Shown in pieces: positions 13,421 through 24,065 of a stretch of DNA of 64,000 bases. A program made the position numbers and the translations under genes. The stretch is from Schizochytrium sp. TIO01. Taxonomy: Eukaryota; Protista; Bigyra: Labyrinthulomycetes. The DNA lies in assembly GCA_004764695.1 (NCBI GenBank), contig SMSO01000031.1, positions 9,220,761 through 9,284,760 on the forward strand, in the 5' to 3' direction. The notes beneath the pieces are model-generated. The model had not been told where the DNA came from, searched no databases, and saw only the letters and a program-made list of their open reading frames with translations. Every line of letters begins with the position of its first letter. Position 1 is the stretch's first letter.

Positions 13421-15715
13421 ATTGCGAGTACTGTGCGGAGTATGGTCAGCTCTTCCACGCCATAGCAGCGACTTCTTGAAGAAGAGAGCCCCTCCCTACC
13501 TCGAGCAACTAGCTAGCTAGCTAGCTAGCAGAGGTAGTAGAGGTAGTAGAGGGGTAACAGTACCTACCTAGCACCCTTGAATTCAAGTTTGCAGTAAGTA
13601 CGTACGCACCTACACGCTGTATCTAGCTCAGCTCTGATTCCTTTCCTTCTTCTTTCCCAGAGTGCTATTTTAATTGAAAAGGAAAGAAGAAGGAAGGTGT
13701 TCTAGTTGAGGAGGTGCGCAATTCGAAATCGTCACGATTTCTTTTTTCCATCTCTAAAGAAGATCTTTCCGCACTTCTTCTTTCCTCAGCTCTTTCTTTC
13801 CTGCCGCAGCAGTGCTAACTAACCAACGCAGGTGCTAAAGTAGGCAGAGAGAGCATGGACTCTCGGAGAAACACGTTGACGCGGCTCTCTCCTCTCGGAT
13901 GCAGTCAGTCAGTGTTTATTAGCTGCTTATTAGATTAATAATTAGACAGACCCTCGAAACCTTGAGACTTTTGGCCTATTTCGTTCTTTCAGTCCTTTCT
14001 CTCCTGCGCATCGTCGCATCTTCTGCCGCATTACAGCTGTCACAAGTACGGAGGGAGTCGCTACGAGCTAGACCACTGAGGTCTCCTGATGCCACGCTTT
14101 GTTGCATGCAACACGCAGACACAGATACACAGATACACAGACACAGACACGGACTGACTGACTGACTGACTGACTGATTGATTGACAGACTGACTGACTG
14201 ACTGATTGATTGATGGAATGATTGATTGATGAGCTGTTTGTAATATGAGAAGAAGTAAACGCAGGCCTCCTTCTCCAACCTGAGGTGAGTTATTTGAACT
14301 GGGCCGCCACCAATGCAGTCGTTCGCACTTCTAACTTCAAGGTACCTACAACTCCGAAAGTATGTTTTCATCTATCTTCTTCTTCGAGCTGCTTCGGGCT
14401 TCTTCGAACTGCTTCGAAGCCGTCGGTCTCGCTCATGTCATGGCTGCCCTCTCAGTTGCTCTGTTTTCGCTCAATAAACAGTAGTTAGAACTAGGTGCCT
14501 AGGAGGGAAATGTTGAACTGTGTCTCTTCTTGTTCTAGCTCTAGAGGTAGTTCTTACATTCCCAGGGTTATGAGTCTATAGGTCTATAGGTCTATAAGTC
14601 TGTCTGTCTGTCTGTCTACCTACTCAGCACCTATTAGCAGGGCTGTAGCTCCATACGTACTGTCTTTCCATCAAAGTTCTCTGCGCCTCCATAAAATTTG
14701 CACTCGCCTCTTCCATCATGTCTCTCCTCTTTTTCTAAACATTTATGTCTTTTCAAAGAATGAAACAGAGACGTTCTTGTTGAAACCTAATAGCGAACCC
14801 ACTCTGTCGAAGTTCTTCTTTCCTTCTTTACATTTAGCTACCTAGAGATCCTCAGGCTGACCTCAGTTAGCTTAATTAGCTAAATATCTCTCTCTCTCGA
14901 AACAGAGCAGAGTGAGTGAAAAGCGAATATAGATGCTTTTTGCTTCCTTCGCTCTTTCTCTTCTCGTTCAGGCTTCCTCCAGCAAATATAAACGCTAAAT
15001 ACCATCTCCAAGTTTTTCCGACATTACATCAGCGGGTGTCTTTTTTCTTTTTCTTTTTCTTTTTCTTTTTGGTTAAAAGTTTCAGTGTGTCTGTCTGCCT
15101 TCTTTTCTCGTTGCTTGCGCGTTCTTTTTTTAATCTCGACAAGCAGAGCCTTTACAGGAAAGGATACAGGCGCCTCCCTTTTTTAGATAATAATAACATT
15201 TAGTTATTTGAAGAAAAAAGAAAAAAAAGAAAAGAAAAAGTATTCAAAGCAGCGTTGAAAAGTCCACCCGTCCCTCACTTCATAATATGCGTATTTACAA
15301 AATAATCTCTTCATTCTCCTTTCCTTCCTTTTTAGCTATAGACGACTGTGTGATTCGATCTGTGCTTGTCTACCGCACTGTAGCAAACTTGTTCTAAAGT
15401 ATACAAAGCAGCTATTAAACTGATGAAAAGCAACGCAGTGCACTATCACTAACTCTTCTACTAACTAACTGAAAAAGAGTTGCCTGACTTTCGGGTGACT
15501 GTTCTCTTTTTATTCATGCTCTATTTGTTTCACCAAAATATATGTTGTTCCGAGGGGCATCCGGAAATTGCAGTTGTTATTATTTATTATATGTCAACTA
15601 TAAAGCTAAACATGATATATATGTAGGCTCACAACGAGAAAAAATAAAATAAAATGTTTTTAATTGACAAAATATTTGTTTTTACCTTTTTACACTTTTA
15701 CTCTTTTACTTTCCT

Positions 15716-15729
15716 TCCTCTCTCTGCAT

Positions 15730-15763
<34 letters not shown>

Positions 15764-15890
15764 GTCCTTCTCTCTCTCTCTCTGTCTCTCTCTGTCTCCC
15801 GCTCTCTCTGCCCCCCTCTGCCTCTGTCTCTCTCTCTGTCTCCCGCTCTCTCTCCCCCTGTCCCCCTCTCATTGTTTCTCTCCCTCTGTT
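15716..15890. repeat. (CT)n-rich polypyrimidine tract upstream of the CCT gene
   Basis: Long ctctct/ctctgt low-complexity run. Confidence 0.9.
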
Positions 15891-16529
15891 CATCTCTTCA
15901 TTTTCGCTGCTCACTTCTCTTTCACGTTCTCTTTCAATACTTACTTACTTACTTTTTCTTTTCTTTTTCTTTTTCCCTTTATTTTCTTTCTTTCCCATCC
16001 TCGTTCCAGCACCAAAAGCAGACCTTGAAAGCGAGCACCGCCATTTCTAATTGCACCAAACCTTGTTTGTTCTCAAGCACACGGCATCACGCCCACCTAG
16101 TCTGCAGCACAGATAGCATAGAGTTGCTGCCACCGCAGCCGCATCGGAAGCACCACTCGTATCCCTCACGAAGCGAGGCGCTTTCCGTCCTTCGTACTTG
16201 CTCTTAAGCTTAACAAGTCCCGCTTGTGCTTTTGCCAACCCAAAAGTAGAGCAGTCGCTCATTCATTCATTCGTTCGCTCACTCAACTCCTTACGTGTAG
16301 CGACATTATTTAGTCCTTCGTCGAGCGTTAATCTTATCTGCACACGGCCAGGACAGGAGCGCAGAAGCAGCGACAGCAGTAGCAATAGCGGCAATAGCAA
16401 CAGCAACAGAGGGCGAGACTTACCTTTTCTTCACACAGCTGACCGGCCTTTAAAGCTACCTTCATTAGTTAATATCGTGGCGTGATCATCACTGCCAGCA
16501 TCTCAAATCTATTACATACGCAGAACAAG

Positions 16530-17435
16530 ATGACCAGCGTGGAACACCCTTGCGAGGCCGCGGCAGAAGCGGCTCGCGCATTATTTTTCTTGCACTCATC
16601 GCCAGCACTTATGCCAATGAGCTCAAAGACATTTATGCAAGCACCTGCGTTCCAGCTCGAAGATGGCGAGAGCTCCCGTGTGCTCTTCTCGCAAGTCAAA
16701 ATCTCAGACAAGGATGAAGAGGAAAAGACTGCGGCAGGATCTCCGCTCATGCAGACCCGTTCTCGATCAAAGAAAGCAGCAGCGGCGGCGGCATCAACGC
16801 CAATGGTCGACGCCAATAATAGCAGTGGCCTGCCCCCGCTTCGCCCTCGCAGCCGTCGTATCATGCTTAGACAGTCCCAAGCTGCAGAATCCTCTTCTTC
16901 TGAAGATGAAGAAGAGGAGGAGATGAAGGAGCAAGACGATGACGATGAGGAAATGTCAGGAGAAGATGACTGCGCTGCAGCAGAGACCCAGTCAGAGCCT
17001 GCAGAACTGCCTTCAAGTGCTGTCCCTGGCACTGCTCTTGCCGCTCTTTTGCACTTGAACCGCGCAATTACAGCTGTCAAACCCGCTGCTCGTGATGATG
17101 GCCACATGGAAAGCCTTCTCCAGGGAGCAACGCTCTTGGCGGATGTGGGCAAATTTGCTGCTCGTCGGGAACGATCAAGCTCTGTAGCTGTTGTCGAGAA
17201 GCGCTTCACTCGGGAGGCCATGCCAATGCAGACCAAGGTCGGGGCCTATTCTATTGACGAAAGAAAAAAGCTCATTGATAAGTTCCTCCGCAAGCGGGAG
17301 AAGCGCATCTGGCGTAAGCGCGTCAAGTACAACGTGCGCAAGAACTTTGCCGACAGTCGTCTTCGTGTCAAGGGACGTTTTGTCCGTAAAGAAGATGAAG
17401 AGCAACTTCGTGAGCTCCTGGTGCTTTCCTTTTAA
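16530..17435 (+). CDS. CCT-domain (CONSTANS/CO-like/TOC1) protein, putative transcriptional regulator
   Basis: The C-terminal VGAYSIDERKKLIDKFLRKREKRIWRKRVKYNVRKNFADSRLRVKGRF is a typical CCT motif, after an acidic low-complexity middle. First ATG is at 16530, just after an acceptor-like cgcag. The ORF track start at 16482 is GTG. Confidence 0.9.
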   Translation: MTSVEHPCEAAAEAARALFFLHSSPALMPMSSKTFMQAPAFQLEDGESSRVLFSQVKISDKDEEEKTAAGSPLMQTRSRSKKAAAAAASTPMVDANNSSGLPPLRPRSRRIMLRQSQAAESSSSEDEEEEEMKEQDDDDEEMSGEDDCAAAETQSEPAELPSSAVPGTALAALLHLNRAITAVKPAARDDGHMESLLQGATLLADVGKFAARRERSSSVAVVEKRFTREAMPMQTKVGAYSIDERKKLIDKFLRKREKRIWRKRVKYNVRKNFADSRLRVKGRFVRKEDEEQLRELLVLSF

Positions 17436-18742
17436 GGGCGTATGCTCATAGGATCACTTGACCCGTGGTGCTTTACCCTAAGTATGTGCCATGAATTCTT
17501 TTTTCAGACGAGCGACGTGCAAGTAATCTGGTTGCTTGCTTGCTTGCTTGCTCTCGCACATAATCACCCCCTGCACATATAGTCTTCTTTTTTTGCCTGC
17601 TTGGCTGCGCCTACCTAGCCAGATCGCAGCCTCGTCTCGCAACACCAGTCACCTCTTCGAGACAATCAATGTCTCAAGAGTTTCCTCTTTCGACATTTTA
17701 TTTCCTTTCTCCCTGTGCTTCATAATCTGCTGTATAGCGTACGAAATGCTGTCAACCATCCATGCTTTGTAGGTGTTGCACGTTTTAAACTACCACTAAC
17801 CCTATTCAGGGAAGTTTCGAATGTACAAGACCAGCAAGAGCGCAAAGGAACAGTGAGTCAACGATCAAGAGTCCCGCTCAACTTTATTGCACTAGTTGTG
17901 AATGTACCTACTTCCCCCTCTCACCACCAGTTTGATCTTGACATCATTTGCTCTAGTTCATTTGTAGATTTTTGGTTTTTTCTAACCAAGAAAGTTCGCC
18001 TTCGTTGACATTGCAGACGCCGTGGATTCGGCACTCCACATTTGCCGGCATTCCAAATTTGACATAAATTATTTCAGCATCCACACCCATCAACAACAAA
18101 CACACATGAAGTTTTGATTTTAACCTGATGAACAGCAGAAACCCATCTCTCTGTAGGCCCTGTGTATGTGCCTTGTGATTGGGCTGCCGATCGGGTACCG
18201 ATAGTCACCGTGTTTATCGCGGATTCACATCAGCAACACGGGGCCGGCAACAATTTGTTTTGTGTCGCCCTTGTCGAACTTGATTGAGGTTTAGCTAGTA
18301 TGTATATATTTTTAAGATTAAACTTTTCTTCCTCACTCTAGACTCCTGTACTCCCTTTCTATTTAAGGAAACAATTGAATAAATTTTTGTAGGTTTCAAA
18401 AGGGGACGGCCATCAGCAGTCCTTTCTTCGCTGGCCACCCTATCAGTTTCTCATGGCTTAGAACTACGCAGCTTTGATTGTTTCTACAATATACAAACTA
18501 TCATCAATAAGATGAATCTATCATCTCTCATGGGCATGATTTGCGGGGTCTTTAATGTTTTAAAGGTTTATCATAGAAAATTGTGCTGACACTCATCATA
18601 TAACACTTGCCGGTCGAACTAAATCGAAGTTTAAATGTTTTGTTCAAGAGTTCACCACTCAGCAACTTTTTTCATGAGACAAGTTTTTGCAGAAGATGAA
18701 CCAATACAAAACGTGGAACTCTTTTTTCATCTAGTTTAATAT

Positions 18743-19126
18743 TCAAGCATCAAAAACAATGACCAGATGGCCACTAAAAGCCATGCGCCCATTGGTTTTC
18801 CTACGGTAGGTAATCCTGGCTTCCTGGACGTAGTAGGTACGATCCGAATGGCACCCGCAGCAGTCGACCAAGATTTGGCCTAGGCTTTTGTCTTCTTCAC
18901 TTCGAATTGCACACAGTGCCTCAAAAAACTTCTCTTGCTTGAATCCAGGAGAAACAGGGCTTCTTGCACCCTCGAGAGTGAATCTCGTGAGGCCTGGGCC
19001 CATGACCGGTTCAACGAGGTTAATGCAGACCTCATTCCGGTACTTGTCTCTTGAGACAACCCGAGTTCCGAGTTTGTGAATGCAATCTTGAACTTGAGCC
19101 TTGGCAGTCGCCGTAAAAGGTGACAT
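18743..19126 (-). CDS. Hypothetical 127-aa orphan protein
   Basis: Open frame with caagATG start context and protein-like composition inside a GC-richer island. No recognisable domain. Confidence 0.3.
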   Translation of the reverse strand: MSPFTATAKAQVQDCIHKLGTRVVSRDKYRNEVCINLVEPVMGPGLTRFTLEGARSPVSPGFKQEKFFEALCAIRSEEDKSLGQILVDCCGCHSDRTYYVQEARITYRRKTNGRMAFSGHLVIVFDA

Positions 19127-19421
19127 CTTGATTAAGCCGGAAAGCAAAGGTGAATCCCGTCACTTCAGCAAGGGAGACTTGCTCAATTAAGTATTGAGTT
19201 CGAACTCTCTTTCTGGAGTTTCGGGATTGCTGGCAGCCTGCCCAAGGGCACCAAGTCATCTTCGTCAGGCAGCCTTGCTCGTATAAGGAACACTTCAAGA
19301 ACGTTAGTGAAACGTGCTTCTCAGAACGTTTGCGGTACGGTCTGGTTTGGTTCTTTCTGAACAAGTTATGTAATAGCACCTACCTACCTGTCTACAATAC
19401 ATAGATACTCACATACTAGTT

Positions 19422-20135
19422 CACTTAGAGATTAACCTATAAAATTTGCGACTGGCATTTCCTATGGTGGCATGGGGCTGATAAGGTCTAATTGCGGGTT
19501 GATGTTTTTGAAGTACAATTTCCTCAGCAAATAACAAGTTTAAACCAGAAGAAAAGCTTGGCTTTGTGAATGAGCGCTTGTCTAAGCCAACAAATGACAC
19601 ATCATTCGAGCCGTCTTGATTTTGATCCATCTTGTTAACTTATTGAGTTCTCAAATTTAGGCAAAGGAATAACACGGTAGTTTTCACTGAACCAAAGTGC
19701 AAGCTTGTGGTGAATCTCAATAGTCCAGCAGGGCGCACAAGCCTGGCCTTTCGAGATTGGCCCCTCTACGGATGATTTGTAGATACTCTGGTGTATCTAA
19801 GATAGTGGTGTGGTCAGTTCTGCGTTGCTCGCAGCCGCCAGAACAAACCCCAGCCATATGTGCGTTCAAAGTCGTCAGCTAGGTACATGCGATTGCCTCC
19901 GGGGAACTTCCCAAAGGAAACTTGCTGAGACGCCAGACCTCTGGTTGAAGTACTTTGATAATCTGCATGCACGTTTGCTTCCACTTGTCGTGTTTGGAGC
20001 TTGCGGTTCCTTGACTATGCCATTTTCTTACCTAGCATAAACTTCTTAAATAATTATAATATATCATAGATCTTCTGATATGGAATAGACACTACCATTT
20101 GAAGCTTATACAGGTTTTAACGTTCTCATAGGTAC
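19422..20135 (-). mobile_element. IS607-family/Fanzor2 non-autonomous element, copy A (decayed, extra deletions)
   Basis: The minus strand encodes EIHHKLALWFSENYRVIPLPKFENS...WIKIKTARMMCH...RQALIHKAKLFFWFKLVIC*GNCTSKT (Fanzor2/TnpB region up to the RuvC-II/ZnF start), preceded by TnpA remnants (..RPGLCALLD). It aligns with copies B and C and ends in ggttaatctctaagtg. Confidence 0.85.
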
Positions 20136-21077
20136 TGCATTCGTTACTGCATTTATGAGCGACGCAGCTTTGGCTGAATCATTGTTTACTCCAGTGTCCT
20201 CCGACAAGCAAAAACATGATTTCAAATGCACTATTCCTACCTAGGTACACATAACCATTGCTTCAATGATCAGAATAATCAACTGATAGCAGTATAATCA
20301 TTCTATCGTACAAGAAAGGGCTAGCAATGCAGATCTTTGGCACTCAAGTTAGCCAAAAGCTCTCTAAAGTATTCTTTGAGTATAGGAGGATGGAACTCAA
20401 AAATAGCGGTAAATTTGTTTTCTTGTAGGTTCTGGTTTAGGTGCTTAGTACAAAACTAAATCAACACACAGCCCCACCCTGCTCAAAAGGAATTTAAGAG
20501 AGACGAAAATACCAACGAAAGGTCTCTCTACAGGCCGATACAATATTGATCGCCAAGTAAATTTAGATAATCATTTTTATTTGTTTTCCAATTACACAAC
20601 TCTATCATAGAAGAACCATTCAAAATTACGAACTCTATTTGTGTAGAAATACACGAATGATGAACAACAAACATATGAAACAAGATCCGTATCAGGGCTG
20701 CTAAGAAAACACCAATTGATTTGTTCAGATAAAGGGCGCAAAACCCTAATGAATGGACACACTAACAAAAAAAGAATTAAAAGGAGCAAACAGGAAATGA
20801 AAATAGTTCCAAAGCACAAAAGTTGTGTGCAAGGACTGTGAGTAGATGCTAGAATGTTCAAGTAAGAATCACGCGTATAGTACATCATCATGTCTGGATA
20901 ATGTAAAAAATATATAGGCATGTAAGATTTCACAGAGTCTCACAGAAAATCGATGAAGTCTAACGACAGTTGTGCTGGTAAAAATTGCCAATCAAACTAC
21001 AGACAAATTGGAGTTAAAACAAAAATAAAAGTTCAGAGTTTACAGACTTCTGATAAGTCTAAACCCTGCGCAAGATA

Positions 21078-23963
21078 TTATGCAGGTGTTAAGTAGCTTG
21101 TTGGTACCAGGCCAAATCGTTCATCCTGAAACTTCACCTGACACCAGCCGTCCGAGCCTTGTTGAATAACTTGGCAAACCTCACCAGCACTAGCCCCTAC
21201 CTCATCAGGGTTTGCGCCAGAAGGTGCATAATCATATGTGACATAAGCATATATGGCAGCTTGAGCAGTTTGCGCCGGGGGGGCAGCTTGCCGTTGTTTT
21301 TTAGAGGATCGGCGTTTAGCCTTTTTACCTTGACCAGGATCTGTCCATGTTGATTCTCCTGTTTCTGTGTTGTAATAATAATTCACTTGGTACTCTTCAG
21401 AAAACATGGTAACCCATGGTGATACTTCCTCTTCTTCAGACGGAGGTGGGCCCATGGGCAAGGGGGGTGTTTGGGCAACCCGGGCTTGCAGCATAGGAGC
21501 TCCATTTCCATAGCCACCACCGTTGCCATAGCCGCCATTGCCGTAGCCGCCACCACCGCTATTGCCGTAGCCGCCGCCGTTGCCATTGCCGTAGCCGCCG
21601 TTGCCATTGCCGTAGCCGCCGCCGCCGTTGCCGTAGCCGCCGCCGCCGTTGCCGTAGCCGCCGCCGCCGTTGCCGTAGCCGCCGCCGCCGTTGCCGTAGC
21701 CGCCATTGCCATTGCCATTGCCATTGCCATTGCCGTAGCCACCGCCATTGCCATTGCCGTAGCCACCGCCATTGCCATTGCCGAAGCCACCACCATTGCC
21801 ATTGCCGAAGCCACCGCCATTGCCATTGCCGAAGCCACCGCCATTGCCATTGCCGAAGCCACCGCCATTGCCATTGCCATTGCCGTAGCCACCGCCATTG
21901 CCGTAGCCACCGCCATTGCCGTAGCCACCGCCATTGCCATTGCCATTGCCATTGCCGTAGCCACCGCCATTGCCATTGCCATTGCCACTGCCATTGCCGA
22001 AGCCGCCGCCACCATTATCGTTTCCATTTCCGCCACCACCATTGCCAAAGCCGTTGCCATTATTCTGTTGTGCCACTTGCATTACAGCGATAGGCCTTTG
22101 CTGACCAAACCCGGCATAATCTGCTGGTGATGCAGGTGCGCTGCTGCCATCCGTAGCCACAGTTGGCCATTTCTTAGCTGCTGGTTTGCTAGATGCAGGT
22201 TGCTGGTTTCCTCCACCACCGCCACCCATGCCACCTCCACCACCGCCAAAAAGTCCTGCTAAAGCTGCTTGACGAGACGCAATTCCACCAGCAACTTTGA
22301 CAGGTTCTGCTTTATGAACAGGCTGAGGGGGTGGCGTTGCTTCTACAGCGCCTCCAAAGATCCCAGCGAGGGCGGCTTGTCTTGCCTTAATTCCACTAGC
22401 AACAACATGTTTTCCAGCATCTGCATCTGGAGAAGGAGAAGAGGCAGCAGGAGCTGGTTCAGGCTTATTACCACCAAACATTCCTGCAATAGCTCGGAAG
22501 GATTTACGAACAGCAGCAGATGCAGAGTTTCGCTTCACTGGTTGCGGAACTGCTGCTGGTTTCGGAGAAGGTGCTGCTGGTTTCGGAGAAGGTGCTGCTG
22601 GTTTCGCAGGAGCCGCGGGCTTCAAAAATCCGGGCCCTGGAGGTTTAGGCAAGCCCCCGAACCCACCGCCGCCTCCACCGCCGCCGCCAAACTTAGGGGG
22701 GGGTGATGGTTTGCTCGCAGAAGCTACCTTGCTGCCTCCACCGCCACCGCCGACATGAGGAGCCGGGTCCACGGTCATGACATCATCTCCAAATACTGAC
22801 GAAGGGTGCACTCCATCTCGTACCATGGAGTTCTCAATGGCGCCTTGCGGGAGACCCGCCTTCTGCATCCGGGAATACTTGCCTAAATCAGGGTGGTCCG
22901 AAGGCAAGTACTCGAGCCCATCGATTATGCTTCCATCGCCACCGCCCCCTCCTTCACCGCTGTTGTGACCCTCTTCTTCGTGCTCCTCTTCTTCTTCCTC
23001 CTCTTCATGGCGAGCAGGAGGAGGGCTAGGTTTAGAAAATGCAGGCTTGGATGGAGGAGCTGGTTTACTAGAAAACGAAGGCTTAGGTGGAGGTGTGGGC
23101 TTAGAAGGAAGCGAGAGTTTCTTTGCAGGAATGCTTGGTGGTGAAGGTTTCTTGGGCACAGGAGCTGGTCCATCACTGCCCACGCCTGGTGCTGGTGACA
23201 TCGTTACAGTGTCCTGACCGAAAACTGAAGAGGGGTGAATACCATCACGAACCATTGAATTCTCTACAGCACCCTGTGGTAGTCCCGCATTCTTCATACG
23301 CTCGTATTTGCCAAGATCAGGATGGCTACAGTCCAACACCTCAAGACCATCGACGATGGTTCCTGCCCCGCCTCCAGAACTGCCAGCACCGCCATTGTCA
23401 TCTTCAATATCTTCATCGTCGGGTTCCTCGACGGGCTCTGGTTCTGAAGGAGGTAATACAGGAGGAGGAGGTTTGGCAGCCGGAGGTGGAGGTTTGGTGC
23501 CTCGAGGAGGTGGTTTTGGTTTCCCTTTAGGTGGTGCAGGAGGAGGAACAATGCGTGTGGAAGGGGTCCTTGCACGAGGAGGAACAGGGGGTTTGGCAGA
23601 AACAGGAGGCAACGCAGGAATTTCTCTTTGCGAAAGTCGGACCTCCTCCAAGGCTACTTGCTTCATCGACTCGATTCGTTCACGAGAAGCCCCCTTAGGC
23701 GGAGCTGGAGGCACAGGTCTTGCTAGGGAGAGTTTGGGCTTACTCAACGATCGAGTGAGTTTATTGCCCTTTTTGCTACGACTTCCAGTTCCAGACCTTG
23801 GCATGGGCCAACCTTCTGGCACCCGCCCATATTTGCGAAAGACAGCTTCTGATATCTCCGAAAGGGTCCATCGCTCAAAGAGAGGTTGCACATTTTTCAC
23901 ACGAGCAGGATCTACTTCTTCATAGAAAGCCTGTAGCTGAGAGATGAGCTCTGCGCTGCTCAT
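21078..23963 (-). CDS. Proline/glycine-rich WW + SH3 domain protein with two CCDC53(WASH)-like motifs; probable actin-cytoskeleton adaptor
   Basis: WW domain (PWVTMFSEEYQVNYYYNTETGESTWTDP) and C-terminal SH3 (AYVTYDY...GWCQV...GLVPTSYL). Two copies of KY(E/S)RM-x-x-AGLPQGA(V/I)ENSMVRDG, polyproline tracts and GGYGNG repeats in a 961-aa uninterrupted ORF. Confidence 0.88.
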   Translation of the reverse strand: MSSAELISQLQAFYEEVDPARVKNVQPLFERWTLSEISEAVFRKYGRVPEGWPMPRSGTGSRSKKGNKLTRSLSKPKLSLARPVPPAPPKGASRERIESMKQVALEEVRLSQREIPALPPVSAKPPVPPRARTPSTRIVPPPAPPKGKPKPPPRGTKPPPPAAKPPPPVLPPSEPEPVEEPDDEDIEDDNGGAGSSGGGAGTIVDGLEVLDCSHPDLGKYERMKNAGLPQGAVENSMVRDGIHPSSVFGQDTVTMSPAPGVGSDGPAPVPKKPSPPSIPAKKLSLPSKPTPPPKPSFSSKPAPPSKPAFSKPSPPPARHEEEEEEEEHEEEGHNSGEGGGGGDGSIIDGLEYLPSDHPDLGKYSRMQKAGLPQGAIENSMVRDGVHPSSVFGDDVMTVDPAPHVGGGGGGSKVASASKPSPPPKFGGGGGGGGGFGGLPKPPGPGFLKPAAPAKPAAPSPKPAAPSPKPAAVPQPVKRNSASAAVRKSFRAIAGMFGGNKPEPAPAASSPSPDADAGKHVVASGIKARQAALAGIFGGAVEATPPPQPVHKAEPVKVAGGIASRQAALAGLFGGGGGGMGGGGGGNQQPASSKPAAKKWPTVATDGSSAPASPADYAGFGQQRPIAVMQVAQQNNGNGFGNGGGGNGNDNGGGGFGNGSGNGNGNGGGYGNGNGNGNGGGYGNGGGYGNGGGYGNGNGNGGGFGNGNGGGFGNGNGGGFGNGNGGGFGNGNGGGYGNGNGGGYGNGNGNGNGNGGYGNGGGGYGNGGGGYGNGGGGYGNGGGGYGNGNGGYGNGNGGGYGNSGGGGYGNGGYGNGGGYGNGAPMLQARVAQTPPLPMGPPPSEEEEVSPWVTMFSEEYQVNYYYNTETGESTWTDPGQGKKAKRRSSKKQRQAAPPAQTAQAAIYAYVTYDYAPSGANPDEVGASAGEVCQVIQQGSDGWCQVKFQDERFGLVPTSYLTPA
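21500..22060 (-). repeat. Coding Gly-Asn/Tyr/Phe low-complexity repeat (GGYGNG / GGFGNGN)
   Basis: Tandem ccgccattgccgtagcc-type units inside the WW/SH3 gene. Confidence 0.9.
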
Positions 23964-24010
23964 GATGAGTGCAGCAGGGAAATCTTATTTCAAGGTAAAA
24001 CGATTTGCCA

Positions 24011-24065
24011 GCAGCCTTTATAGGCAACCTTTATAGGCAGCAACCTTTCCAGGCAACCTTTACAA
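24011..24065. repeat. 13-bp imperfect tandem repeat (GCAACCTTTATAG) x4 just upstream of the WW/SH3 gene start
   Basis: gcagcctttatag gcaacctttatag (gca) gcaacctttccag gcaacctttacaa. Confidence 0.8.

Noticed and set aside
21383-22130. 225-aa MATA/MAMA ORF and 219-aa Ala/Ile/Val ORF
   Set aside because: Alternative-frame and antisense shadows of the Gly-Asn repeat in the WW/SH3 gene.
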